From: an uncultured Chthonomonadaceae bacterium
GTDB taxonomy: Bacteria > Armatimonadota > Chthonomonadetes > Chthonomonadales > Chthonomonadaceae
Assembly: GCA_963817895.1 (NCBI GenBank)
Contig: CAWFQB010000006.1
Span: forward strand, 224,001-288,000
DNA: 64,000 bases
Reading direction: 5' to 3'
A program made the translations under genes and the position numbers. Below the pieces are notes generated by a model, which saw only the letters and a list, made by a program, of their open reading frames with translations, did not search any database and was not told the origin of the DNA. Below, piece after piece: positions 54,752-64,000 of the stretch; position 1 is the first letter of the stretch, and every line of letters begins with the position of its first letter.

Positions 54752-55636
54752 ATGACCACAACACGCGAGTCGCTGGCGGAACTCTGGCGCTACCGCTATC
54801 TGCTCCAGATGTTCGCGCGGCGCGAACTCAAAGTGCGCTACAAAAATTCCGCGCTCGGCCTTGTCTGGTCTATCATTCCCCCCCTTCTACAGGTCTTAGT
54901 GTACATGTTTTTGTTCAAGGTCGCCCTGCGCATCGAGTACAAGAACTACGCGCCCTATCTGCTTTGCGGCCTGATTCCCTGGACCTTTTTTTCTACCGCT
55001 TTACTGGACGCCAGCCAATGCCTGCTCGCCAACTACGGCATTATTAAAAAAGTTTACATGCCCCGCGAAGTGATTCCCATCGCGACGGTATTGAGCAACA
55101 CGGTACATCTGTTCATCAGTTGGACGGTGTTCTTCGTGATTTTTGTCGTCCTCGCGCCCTTTATCGGCAAGGGAATTCCTCTGCTTCCGTCCCTGATATG
55201 GTTTCCGGTCATCACTCTGATGCTGTTCTTGTTGACAGTGGGATTTGCCCTGTTGCTTTCCGCGCTGAACGTGTTTTTCGAGGACGTGAAATTCATCGTC
55301 ACGACCATTTTGAATCTCATCGTGTTTCTATTGCCGATTCTCTATCCCGCCGATGTTGCCGCCGATTTCGGCATTATGCGCGACTATCCCTGGCTGCTCA
55401 CCATTTATAAACTGAACCCGATCACGGCCATTATTGACGCCTACCGTAAAACTATTCTGGAACCTTTGTCGCCAACAGTTTTCAATCACATGACTCTGCC
55501 TGATGGAAAGGACCTGCCGCCTGTCCCGATGGATTGGGCGACATTCGGCGGCGCGTTTCTTATCACCGTCGTCTTCGCCTGGTTTGGCTACTGGTATTTC
55601 AACCGGCGCAAGTGGCAGTTTGTGGAACGGAGTTAG
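54752..55636 (+). CDS. ABC-2 polysaccharide export permease (Wzm-like)
   Basis: LWRYRYLL..RRELKVRYKNSALG, FEDVKFI, PILYP, LNP; RBS AGGAGG. Confidence 0.85.
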   Translation: MTTTRESLAELWRYRYLLQMFARRELKVRYKNSALGLVWSIIPPLLQVLVYMFLFKVALRIEYKNYAPYLLCGLIPWTFFSTALLDASQCLLANYGIIKKVYMPREVIPIATVLSNTVHLFISWTVFFVIFVVLAPFIGKGIPLLPSLIWFPVITLMLFLLTVGFALLLSALNVFFEDVKFIVTTILNLIVFLLPILYPADVAADFGIMRDYPWLLTIYKLNPITAIIDAYRKTILEPLSPTVFNHMTLPDGKDLPPVPMDWATFGGAFLITVVFAWFGYWYFNRRKWQFVERS

Positions 55637-55638
55637 CT

Positions 55639-55751
55639 AATTGGTGGTTGGTAGTTGGTGGTTGGTGATTGGTTGACAGGCGGCGCAAAATGATGCAGAG
55701 TTTGCTACAATTAAACATGACCAACCACCAGTCACCAACCACCAGCCACCC
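55639..55751. repeat. inverted heptamer arrays (TGGTGGT)n ... (ACCAACC)n across the wzm/wzt junction
   Basis: ttggtggttggtagttggtggttggtgattggtt ... accaaccaccagtcaccaaccaccagccacc; the right arm is translated as the Wzt-like N-terminus. Confidence 0.8.
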
Positions 55752-56517
55752 TTCCGCTATTGTGGCGGAAAACCTGACCAAAGTGTTTCGCGTTCGGCAT
55801 GAGGCGCACTCCATCAAACGCGCCGTGCTGGAATGGTCGCGGCGCACACGGGTTGAGCCGTTTACCGCGCTGGAAGACATCAGTTTCCGGGTTCCGCACG
55901 GGCAGACGCTGGCGGTCATCGGGCGTAATGGGTCGGGCAAATCCACCCTGCTCGGACTGCTGGCGCGGGTATACCGGCAAACTTCGGGAACTCTGGAACT
56001 GTTCAATCAGCAGGGCGAACGCCCGCGTATCGCGCCCCTGTTGGAACTGGGGGCCGGACTGCATCCCGAACTGGACGGCTACGACAATATCGCGTTTTAC
56101 GGGGCCATGCTCGGCATGACCGCGCAGCAGGTGCAGGAACGACGCGGGCAGATTATCGAATTTGCCGAACTGGAAAAAAAGGCCGATACCATTGTCCGTA
56201 ACTGGAACGACGGCGCGAAACTGCGGCTCGGTTTTTCCATCGCCGTGCATACCAACCCGGATTTGCTGCTTGTAGATGAGGTGCTGGCAGTCGGGGATGA
56301 GGCGTTTCAGCACAAGTGTTACCGCCGCATCGCCGAACTACAGGCGCAGGGCAAGACCATCGTGTTTGTATCGCATGATCTGGCGGCGGTAGAGCGCGTA
56401 GCCGAGCGCGTCCTCTGGCTGGACAACAGCCACCTGTGTATGGACGGCGACGTAGAAACCGTAATGCGCGAATACCGCCGCGCATCCGCCGAAAAATCCC
56501 TACATGATGCTTCCTGA
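55717..56517 (+). CDS. ABC polysaccharide export ATPase (Wzt-like)
   Basis: GRNGSGKST, LELGAG.HPEL.G..NI, LLVDEVLAVGD..FQ.KC, VSHD. Confidence 0.85.
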   Translation: MTNHQSPTTSHPSAIVAENLTKVFRVRHEAHSIKRAVLEWSRRTRVEPFTALEDISFRVPHGQTLAVIGRNGSGKSTLLGLLARVYRQTSGTLELFNQQGERPRIAPLLELGAGLHPELDGYDNIAFYGAMLGMTAQQVQERRGQIIEFAELEKKADTIVRNWNDGAKLRLGFSIAVHTNPDLLLVDEVLAVGDEAFQHKCYRRIAELQAQGKTIVFVSHDLAAVERVAERVLWLDNSHLCMDGDVETVMREYRRASAEKSLHDAS

Positions 56518-56551
56518 ATAACAAGTTGTTGCAGAAAGGCAAACTTGACTT

Positions 56552-57112
56552 ATGGAAGAACTATCTCGTCAGTTGAGGATGCTGCATTATAGTGACGATT
56601 GGCTGGAATATGGCTTTCTGGAAACTGCCCTGCTGCATGAACAAATAGCCTTCTACCAATCCGGTCAGGATAGTAATACGGAGCATTATCGTTATGCCGC
56701 TTTTCGCCATGTGTTGGCATCGCGTTCCCGGTTAAACGACCCTGAACTTACGCATTACATTCGTCTGGCACAGCAGGATGGAGATAAGGCGATGGCGCAA
56801 TCAGCCCTGTATGAATTGCTGCTATGGCCGGGGCTGAAAGCCGACCAATTCGAGGCTCTGACACGACAGCCTTTATTCGCGGAACCTTTGTTTCAGAAAC
56901 TTATTCTCCGCCGCCGTTTGCTTGGTACCCTGGCTGCCTCGCCCATCACGTCGGAAACGTTTGCGCAATGCCTTGCCAGTGGCGATGCTGTCGTACAGCG
57001 CAATCTTGTATCGCTGTCAGAGTTGGCCCCTGAGCAGCTAAACATTCTGGCAGCGCGGGGGGCTACTCGCGCTATTCGGAACATGGCGCAATCGCGAAAA
57101 CGAAGTGGTTGA
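56552..57112 (+). CDS. hypothetical alpha-helical protein
   Basis: 186-aa ORF between co-directional genes; EHYRYAAF motif. Confidence 0.6.
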   Translation: MEELSRQLRMLHYSDDWLEYGFLETALLHEQIAFYQSGQDSNTEHYRYAAFRHVLASRSRLNDPELTHYIRLAQQDGDKAMAQSALYELLLWPGLKADQFEALTRQPLFAEPLFQKLILRRRLLGTLAASPITSETFAQCLASGDAVVQRNLVSLSELAPEQLNILAARGATRAIRNMAQSRKRSG

Positions 57113-57118
57113 CTTTTT

Positions 57119-59827
57119 ATGCCTATGGATCCAACTCATAATCAACGTCTGGAACAATGGCAAGCCTGCCTTATGTTGTTGTGGCTGGCATTGCTGATCT
57201 TTGTCGCGCTGCAATCCATCATGCCGCCCGCCGCGCGTTCGGCAAACGCGCCCGCTGACGAGTTTTCTGCCAATCGCGCTCTTGTTCCCCTGCGCGAAAT
57301 CGCGAAACTGCCCCATCCACAGGGCGCGTCGGAACATACGCGCGTTCGCGAGTATCTGATGGCGCAGTTGCGGCAGTTGGGATTGTCGCCCCGATTGCAA
57401 ACCACTCCGGTTGTGGGAGCGCGTTCCTATCGTCCGTATCGGGCGGGAACCGTTCACAACATTTGGGCAAAGATTCCGGGCAAAACCCCAACCGGAACGC
57501 TGCTGCTGGCCGCGCACTATGACTCGGTGAATACGGGACCGGGCGCAAGCGACGACGGCGCAAGCGTAGCCGCTCTGCTTGAAACCCTCCGCGCCCTTCA
57601 ATCCACCCGAAAAACCTCTCCCGGCAGCCACTTCTCCGCCATCAACACCCCCTCCACGAGTTTTAACTTCCGCAACGACGTCATTGTTCTGCTGACCGAC
57701 GGAGAAGAGACCGGCCTGCTCGGTGCGCGGGCATTTGTAGAAGAGGGGACAGGGGACAGGGGACAGGGGACAGGAGAAGAGGACTCATCCTTCATCCTTC
57801 ATCATTCATCCTTGCCTTTCCTCGTTCTGAACTTCGAGGCGCGGGGAACAAGCGGGCCGTCCCTGATGTTCGAGACGAGTGAGGGGAATGGCTGGCTGGC
57901 GCGGCAGTTCGCGTCAGGCGTACCTCAACCACTTGGCTCGTCGCTATTTTACGCCGTGTACAAACTGCTGCCCAATGATACGGATTTCACCGAATTTCGC
58001 GGGGCAGGCATGATTGGGCTGAACTTCGCTTATCTGGATCGGGTTGCGCATTATCATACCAGTCTGGATAGCGTCAGCCATCTCGATCTGCGCAGTTTGC
58101 AGCATCAGGGCGACAACATGCTCGGACTGGCGCGGCGGTTCGGCAGCGAATCGCTCACGCAGGCGCGGCAGCCGGACGTGATCTATTTCAATGGCGCGCG
58201 AAACTGGCTGTGCGTGTATCCGCAAACGTGGGCCGTGCCCCTTGCCATACTCGCAACCCTGCTCACCTTAGTCGCGCTGGCGCAGCGGTGGCGAAAAAGC
58301 GCGGAACCTGTCTGGCGCAGGGCGGTTGTGGCGTTGAGCGGCGTGGCGTGGGTTGGCGTGGCGGTTGTGGCGACGACGCTTGCAATGGCAGGACTGACGT
58401 ACTGGCTGACATCGGGCGCCGCTTCGCCGCGCATGACGCTGTATCTGGACGATACGACATTCACAGGCGTTCTATTGCTGTGCGTGGGAAGCGTCCTGCT
58501 GCTGCTCGACGCGAAACGCCTGCCGTACCAAAAACGAACAAAGCCTGACAGTGAAGAGGGCACGACGGCAGAAGCACAGAAGACAGGTTCAACGGCAACA
58601 ACGAAGAACAGCCGTGACGAAATAGCAGAACAGAACTCAACGGCGGCAAATCTGCCAATCAGCCTGACATTCGACGCTATGCAGATGGGCGCAATACTCT
58701 GGTGGCTGCTGCTGACATGGCTGACGGCGCTGCTGCTGCCGGACGGGAGTTACCTGTTCGTGTGGCCGTTGCTAGGCGTTCTACTGGCGCGGTGGATTCA
58801 GGGCGCGTATCTGCAAAACAGACCACATAAACTCCGTTCGCCTGAGAGCATGAAAGCAAGCGCCTCCCCTTCTCCCAAAAAAGCCTGGGAGAAGGGGTTG
58901 GGGATAGGTGGAGCCGCGGGGGGCTATTTACAGGATAAGCAGGAAATGGGTACGAACTTCGGCGTCACGCTGCTGTGCCTGCTGTTCGGCGCAACCCCTG
59001 CAATCCTTTTAGTTATCCCCGTGCTGTGCCTGCTGTTTCAAACGCTTTCCATCGGGTCGCTGACGATTATCGGCGTAGTGACAGCATTGACAATCGCTCT
59101 GCTGCGGCCTCAATTGCAGGTTGCGCGGAATATTTTCACCGGGCATTCGCAGGCATTGCCTTTGTTGTTTGCGGCAACCGGGACGGTTCTGCTGTGGGTG
59201 GGCGCGGAGGTTTTGCAGCCGAGCGAAACCAATCCGCGTTCCAACAGCCTTTTCTACGCGCTGAACGCGGATACCCAAACGGCGCTGTGGGCGAGCAATG
59301 ACCGCAAGCCGGATGCCTGGACAATACAGTTTTTGGGTGAGCATCCCCAACGAAGCGCGTTGCCCGATTTTCTGCCCGTCAGCCCGGAAACGTTTCTTCA
59401 CGCGCCCGCGCCGCCTACGCCCTTACCGCCCCCTGTCGCCACATTGCAGGAAGACAGAATTGAAAACGGCGTTCGGACATTGCGCCTGCTGCTCATTTCG
59501 CCACGCCATGCGCCCGTTATGGAAATGGCGGTTTCGTCCGATGTTCGCGTTCTGAACGCTTCCATCGAGGGCAAGCCGGTAGACGGCAGCCGTGACCCCG
59601 GCCATGCCTGGAGTCTGTTGTACTTTGCCGTGCCGGAAAACGGCCTGACGCTGACCCTGCGCGTGTCGCCCGCCGCGCCCGTCACATTACATGTCATTGA
59701 CCGCTCGTATGGCCTGCCCTCCATCCCCGACAAAACATACGCCCCGCGTCCCGCCGATATGATCGCCTCGCCCGCTTCCGGCTGGTATCAGGATACGGCT
59801 CTGATTTCTAAAACGTTTCGGTTCTAG
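57119..59827 (+). CDS. membrane-bound M28 family metallopeptidase (ERMP1-like)
   Basis: AHYDS, GASDDG, TDGEE, NFEARG, NDTD, YHT; multiple TM helices. Confidence 0.9.
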   Translation: MPMDPTHNQRLEQWQACLMLLWLALLIFVALQSIMPPAARSANAPADEFSANRALVPLREIAKLPHPQGASEHTRVREYLMAQLRQLGLSPRLQTTPVVGARSYRPYRAGTVHNIWAKIPGKTPTGTLLLAAHYDSVNTGPGASDDGASVAALLETLRALQSTRKTSPGSHFSAINTPSTSFNFRNDVIVLLTDGEETGLLGARAFVEEGTGDRGQGTGEEDSSFILHHSSLPFLVLNFEARGTSGPSLMFETSEGNGWLARQFASGVPQPLGSSLFYAVYKLLPNDTDFTEFRGAGMIGLNFAYLDRVAHYHTSLDSVSHLDLRSLQHQGDNMLGLARRFGSESLTQARQPDVIYFNGARNWLCVYPQTWAVPLAILATLLTLVALAQRWRKSAEPVWRRAVVALSGVAWVGVAVVATTLAMAGLTYWLTSGAASPRMTLYLDDTTFTGVLLLCVGSVLLLLDAKRLPYQKRTKPDSEEGTTAEAQKTGSTATTKNSRDEIAEQNSTAANLPISLTFDAMQMGAILWWLLLTWLTALLLPDGSYLFVWPLLGVLLARWIQGAYLQNRPHKLRSPESMKASASPSPKKAWEKGLGIGGAAGGYLQDKQEMGTNFGVTLLCLLFGATPAILLVIPVLCLLFQTLSIGSLTIIGVVTALTIALLRPQLQVARNIFTGHSQALPLLFAATGTVLLWVGAEVLQPSETNPRSNSLFYALNADTQTALWASNDRKPDAWTIQFLGEHPQRSALPDFLPVSPETFLHAPAPPTPLPPPVATLQEDRIENGVRTLRLLLISPRHAPVMEMAVSSDVRVLNASIEGKPVDGSRDPGHAWSLLYFAVPENGLTLTLRVSPAAPVTLHVIDRSYGLPSIPDKTYAPRPADMIASPASGWYQDTALISKTFRF

Positions 59828-59831
59828 AAAG

Positions 59832-59936
59832 TTGTCTTGAACCATGATTTCACATGATTAGAATGATCAACATGAGGAACACGCCTCCTCAATCATGGTA
59901 ATCATCAAAATCATGTGAAATCATGGTTCAAGACAA
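59832..59936. repeat. 105-bp palindromic element, copy 2
   Basis: Same 18-bp terminal inverted repeat as 11294-11398; lies between convergent stop codons. Confidence 0.85.
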
Positions 59937-59941
59937 AACAA

Positions 59942-61150
59942 TTATTTCCCCAATGCGTTCAGTATGGTTTGAGCCACGCGCTGCTGTCCCTGCAAACTTA
60001 GATGAACTTTATCCTCCACGTAGAGCGCGGCCTTCTCGCTTTGTGGCACGGCTTGAAACGCGCTGTACGTGTCGCACAGTCCCGCGTTCTTTAGCTTTGC
60101 CGCCTGCCGACACGCGACGGCGAGTTCATCAAACGTGGTTCCGTTTTCCAGCGAGGGGCAGGGTGTAAGAATGAGAACGTCCGCTTTGCCGTTTGTGGCG
60201 CGGCGAACGCGGTCAATGGCGTCCTGCTGCGCAGCCTCAAAGTTTTTACCCCGCATCCCGTTGCTCCAATCGTTGAAGCCGAACAGGATGGTGACGAGAT
60301 CGGGCGCGGGCGTTTTGCCTGTCCAGCGCGGCATCACAATAAGATTCTGGCGCAGTTCCGTGCCGCCCATCGCGGGGTTGACAAGCGTGACTTCCGAACC
60401 GTACTTGCGCTTGATTTCGGATTTGAGCAGGAGGGGCCAGTTGTGTTCCCGGTTTGTCCAGTGACTCGCGTCCGTGAGCGAGTCGCCCATCGTAACAACG
60501 GTAATCGGTTTACCGGCTTTCAATTTCGCCAGTGTACGCGCAAGGGGCGCGTTTTGGGGGCGGTACTCGCGCATATCAGCATTGATTGTCGGTTCCAAAC
60601 GAATGTCGTCAATGGCATACGAGTGCGCCGCGTAGTCCTTCCAGTACCACCACTTGCCGAACTGAACCGGGCTGAGTTTCGAGGGCGCGTTGCCAATTTT
60701 CGCATCCACATTCTGTTCCGTTTTGCTCATCTCCGGTATCAGGTCGCGCCAGGGTACGACAATCTTCTTCCACTCCACGCTATTAATGGGGAAGGCATAA
60801 GCGTAGCGCGTGCTGTAATCGCCGTTCCAGATGAATTCGATACCGCCGAGATGTTCCGAACCGTCCCCCTTCACCCAGAACGAGAACCCCGCCGCCTTGT
60901 CCCATTCGGGCGTTCCGCCCCCGCGTCCGACCATCATAACATTCATGCCGTCATTGTCGAACGCGAACTTTAAGGCATTGCCGACCTTGCCCGGAACCGC
61001 TTCGACATGCCCTTTCGGATTCGAGCCGGTAAACGTCAGCGCATCCATTGTGTCAATACTATTGCGCGTGTCCGCGTTGTCGGCGGGAACGGCTGCCGTA
61101 AATTGCAACAACAGGGCCGTAAAACACAGGCTGAAAAGACGCTTGAACAT
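59942..61150 (-). CDS. SGNH/GDSL hydrolase with N-terminal CBM11-like domain
   Basis: MGDSLT, FGFND, DKVH; GFSFWVKGDGS. Confidence 0.85.
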   Translation of the reverse strand: MFKRLFSLCFTALLLQFTAAVPADNADTRNSIDTMDALTFTGSNPKGHVEAVPGKVGNALKFAFDNDGMNVMMVGRGGGTPEWDKAAGFSFWVKGDGSEHLGGIEFIWNGDYSTRYAYAFPINSVEWKKIVVPWRDLIPEMSKTEQNVDAKIGNAPSKLSPVQFGKWWYWKDYAAHSYAIDDIRLEPTINADMREYRPQNAPLARTLAKLKAGKPITVVTMGDSLTDASHWTNREHNWPLLLKSEIKRKYGSEVTLVNPAMGGTELRQNLIVMPRWTGKTPAPDLVTILFGFNDWSNGMRGKNFEAAQQDAIDRVRRATNGKADVLILTPCPSLENGTTFDELAVACRQAAKLKNAGLCDTYSAFQAVPQSEKAALYVEDKVHLSLQGQQRVAQTILNALGK

Positions 61151-61210
61151 GAAAGGAACTCCAAATACAAGGTTGATACACCGCCTCAAACCGGCAAAAC
61201 TCGTTATCTA

Positions 61211-61894
61211 CTACTCAGGCGACAATGCCCGTTTGTCCATGTTCAGGGTGACGACACCGTCGTCTATGGAAGCAATGGAGTCGGCTAAAAACGTGGTGTC
61301 CGCGCCGAAGAAGTGACCCTGACGCACGGTAATGGCAGTTGGCTTGCCGCTTGCGGTGTCTATGGTAACGCTGTGTAATTCCCCGATTTTCTCCCCGTCC
61401 CGACTGTAAACGTCATCCCCTTCGCTCATAATGGCGTTTTCCACGTCCTGCTGATGCAGGTATTCTTCCACCGCCACAGGCTGTTCGCCTCGTTCTTCAT
61501 CGTCCACAACGGGAACAGGCAAGCCCATGCCCGCGCCGAAAGGGAAACCGGAGGGCGCGAAAGCCTGCCCCATTGCCGAACCCGGCCACAGCAGTCCGCC
61601 GACAGGCGCGTTGGCAAACGATTCGTGAAAAGTGGGCGGAGCGGGAGAATACTGCTGTTCATCGAAACGCGGCAATGCGTGTACCTGTTCCGCCGTGTAC
61701 CCGACCGTGACGGGGCCGGTTCCGCTTTCCAGCACGGCGGCAAGGGGTATTTCTATATCATCGGGGAGCAACATCCCCTTTTCCACAACAAGCGTTTTCA
61801 CCGCGCCCGTTGCCGGGTCCAGAATGAGATGCTTAATCGTCCCCAAATCGCGTCCGTCCTGCGAACGCGCGTGATCGCCAAGTTCGATACGCAT
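61211..61894 (-). CDS. PRC-barrel domain protein (two repeats)
   Basis: SQDGRDLGTIKHLILDP and VYSRDGEKIGELHSVTID. Confidence 0.8.
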   Translation of the reverse strand: MRIELGDHARSQDGRDLGTIKHLILDPATGAVKTLVVEKGMLLPDDIEIPLAAVLESGTGPVTVGYTAEQVHALPRFDEQQYSPAPPTFHESFANAPVGGLLWPGSAMGQAFAPSGFPFGAGMGLPVPVVDDEERGEQPVAVEEYLHQQDVENAIMSEGDDVYSRDGEKIGELHSVTIDTASGKPTAITVRQGHFFGADTTFLADSIASIDDGVVTLNMDKRALSPE

Positions 61895-61917
61895 GATATA
61901 CTCCTCGCCACCTGAAA

Positions 61918-62044
61918 CAGGTGTTCGGTATTCAGGTGTTCGGTGTTCGGGAAATGCAAGAGTATTCAGGTTTACGTTTATGCGCCAAGAGTATCAGCAC
62001 AATACCTGCACACCAAATGCCAAATACCGAACACCTGAATACCG
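61918..62044. repeat. inverted 7-8-mer arrays (GGTGTTC)n ... (GAACACC)n
   Basis: caggtgttcggtattcaggtgttcggtgttcgg ... ccaaataccgaacacctgaataccg, abutting the VWA gene stop at 62045. Confidence 0.8.
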
Positions 62045-64000
62045 CTACCTTGTCATCGTATACCCGTTGTAGGCGAGGGAGCGGCGCAGGTATTGGCCGA
62101 AATCGCCCTGCGCGAGTTGTTGATGCGCGTTAAGTTGGGAAAGCACGGCTTTATAGCGGTCGAGCAGTCTGCCGTCGCGGTTCAAGTCGCTGTCCTGCCA
62201 CTGCTGCGCGGCGACGCTGACCACGTTGCGGCGCTCTTCTACCTGCGCAATGGCGTCCCCGATGCGTCCCTGCTCGATAGAACGCGCGGCCTGCGTCAGC
62301 GCTTCGCCCGTCTGGAATCCCAACAGGTTCTTTTTCACGCCCCGATTGACCGAGTAGATCATTTCATCCTTGCTTGGCGTGTAGCTGACGCTTGCCGTCG
62401 CCTGCGTTTCGCGGTTCGCCGGATGAATCAAATCTTTGTACTTCACGTACACATTTGCCAGCGTACAGATGTTCGGATTTATGGGCTTGTCGGCAGAGTT
62501 CGCCGCGTTTTTGATCAGATCGGGGTTTTGCGGCGGAGCTTTGATTTCCAGCATCACGATATGGCTGTCACCCCTATAGATGGCGGGAATGAGCATCTTG
62601 ATGCCCGGTTCTTCGGGCGCGTTCTGGCGATTGGGCGCGATACCGAGTTCTTCGGACACCTTGCGGTCAATCTTCTTTTCGTCCTGCTTTACCTGCGCGG
62701 TTTGCTGCGCGTCCAGAGTTTGCGCGCCCAAAACGCGAATCAGGCCGACGCCGGGGGCAAGCTGAATACGCAGTTTGATGTCTTTGGCGACAACGTGCGT
62801 CAGTTCGTTCAGTTCGCGGGCAAATACTTGCTGCGTGTCCGCGCCGTCCTTCAGGAAGTGGTAGTTGCCCTTGCCATCACGGGCGAGCGAGAGCATCAAA
62901 TCCTCGTTGAATTCCACGCCCACGCCCACCGCGCTGGTTTCCACATCTTTATCCACTTCCGTAGCGGCGAGATGATGAAACTGCGTTCGATCCTGTATGC
63001 CGGACGTGACCTGCCCATCCGACAGCAGAATCACGCGGTTGATGCCCTCGCTTGTGGTGTTTTTGTGAACCTGCGCATACGCTTTTTCAAGCCCCTCATA
63101 GATGTTCGTGCCGCCGCCGGGGTACAGGCCCGCGATGAGATTGCGGATACGCGCTTTGTTGGCGACATGCTGCGCGGGAACCAGCAGGTTGGCCGTATCA
63201 TCGAAGGCGACAAGCGAAAATGTGTCATTGGGAGTGAGGCTGTTGACCAGTTGAACGGCTGCGGATTTGGCGTATTCCAGTTTATGTTCATCGGCCATAG
63301 ACCCGCTGCGGTCAATCACAAGCGCGATATTGAGCGGCGGGCGGCGCGGCAGTTCGCTTTTGCTGGCCTGTAACCCGATTTGCAGATAGGTATGCGCCCC
63401 CGACTGGATGATTTTGCTTTGCACGGCGTCGGCGGAAACGTTCAGCGCGGTCTGCTGCGGAATGGGGAACGACTGCGCGTAGTTGTGGGTGAACGCTTCC
63501 AGTTTCACGCGCTTGCCGTCCACGAGTACGCCCGATTGGATCAGTTTTTCCAGCCGGTCTTTTTCGCCGTTGCCGCCGATGTAGGTATCGGCTACATACA
63601 TATTGGGGTTGTACACGGCATGGGGCGCAGGCGCCATCGCGCTTGCCCCGCCCGCCATCATCGGGTGGTTCGGTGTCGTCGCGCTCAGGGAACGGGCATG
63701 GCTTTGCGCCTGAAACCGGACGCCGGGGGCCGAGTTCGCGTACTTATCGGCATCCGAATAGCGCATACGAACGTTGCCGGTAGCAGAAGTGTTTGCCGTC
63801 ACAAAGCCCTGAATCTGACTTGCATCCTTCGCGCCACTGACAGACGCCGCGCCCTTGCTTTGAAAGGCGTTTTGCGGTTCCGGTGGATACGCGGCTGTAT
63901 TCTTCTCCTCATCGCGGACGGACGCCTCCTTTTCCGTACTCGCTGCGCTTTGCGAGGCTGGGGCGGCAGTGGCGGGCGCGGCGGCATCTCCGGCTTTGGC
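62045..64000 (-). CDS. VWA domain protein, 5' end outside the window; probable frameshift near 63800
   Basis: VIDRSGSM, GGGTNI, LLSDG; Pro/Arg-rich upstream reading continues toward the window edge. Confidence 0.8.
   Translation of the reverse strand, partial: AKAGDAAAPATAAPASQSAASTEKEASVRDEEKNTAAYPPEPQNAFQSKGAASVSGAKDASQIQGFVTANTSATGNVRMRYSDADKYANSAPGVRFQAQSHARSLSATTPNHPMMAGGASAMAPAPHAVYNPNMYVADTYIGGNGEKDRLEKLIQSGVLVDGKRVKLEAFTHNYAQSFPIPQQTALNVSADAVQSKIIQSGAHTYLQIGLQASKSELPRRPPLNIALVIDRSGSMADEHKLEYAKSAAVQLVNSLTPNDTFSLVAFDDTANLLVPAQHVANKARIRNLIAGLYPGGGTNIYEGLEKAYAQVHKNTTSEGINRVILLSDGQVTSGIQDRTQFHHLAATEVDKDVETSAVGVGVEFNEDLMLSLARDGKGNYHFLKDGADTQQVFARELNELTHVVAKDIKLRIQLAPGVGLIRVLGAQTLDAQQTAQVKQDEKKIDRKVSEELGIAPNRQNAPEEPGIKMLIPAIYRGDSHIVMLEIKAPPQNPDLIKNAANSADKPINPNICTLANVYVKYKDLIHPANRETQATASVSYTPSKDEMIYSVNRGVKKNLLGFQTGEALTQAARSIEQGRIGDAIAQVEERRNVVSVAAQQWQDSDLNRDGRLLDRYKAVLSQLNAHQQLAQGDFGQYLRRSLAYNGYTMTR

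Overview
A 64-kb GC-rich bacterial chromosomal segment. Gene content is suggestive of Armatimonadota or a similar lineage, but that is inference only. It holds about 50 CDS: sugar-metabolism enzymes, ABC transporters, recO, UPF0182, an M28 peptidase, VWA proteins, a DUF1800/DUF1501 pair, and a Planctomycete-type DUF1549/1553-DUF1501-cytC/WD40-PPC module. That module is flanked and interleaved with accessory genes: an orphan Dam-type methylase, an ABC-ATPase + TOPRIM pair, a VapBC + nucleotidyltransferase operon and GxxExxY. I recognised no rRNA, tRNA or CRISPR array. About 15 single-base frameshifts, often at homopolymers, suggest long-read assembly errors, so split genes are not treated as proven pseudogenes. 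The most striking structure is a family of paired short-tandem-repeat (7-10 nt unit) elements. Many start at or just after stop codons and form inverted pairs, and some lie in-frame inside genes. One pair is a perfect 29-bp inverted repeat enclosing a GxxExxY nuclease-fold gene, which suggests a full cassette plus empty derivatives of a little-described mobile or structural element. All domain calls come from motif recognition by eye, not from database searches.
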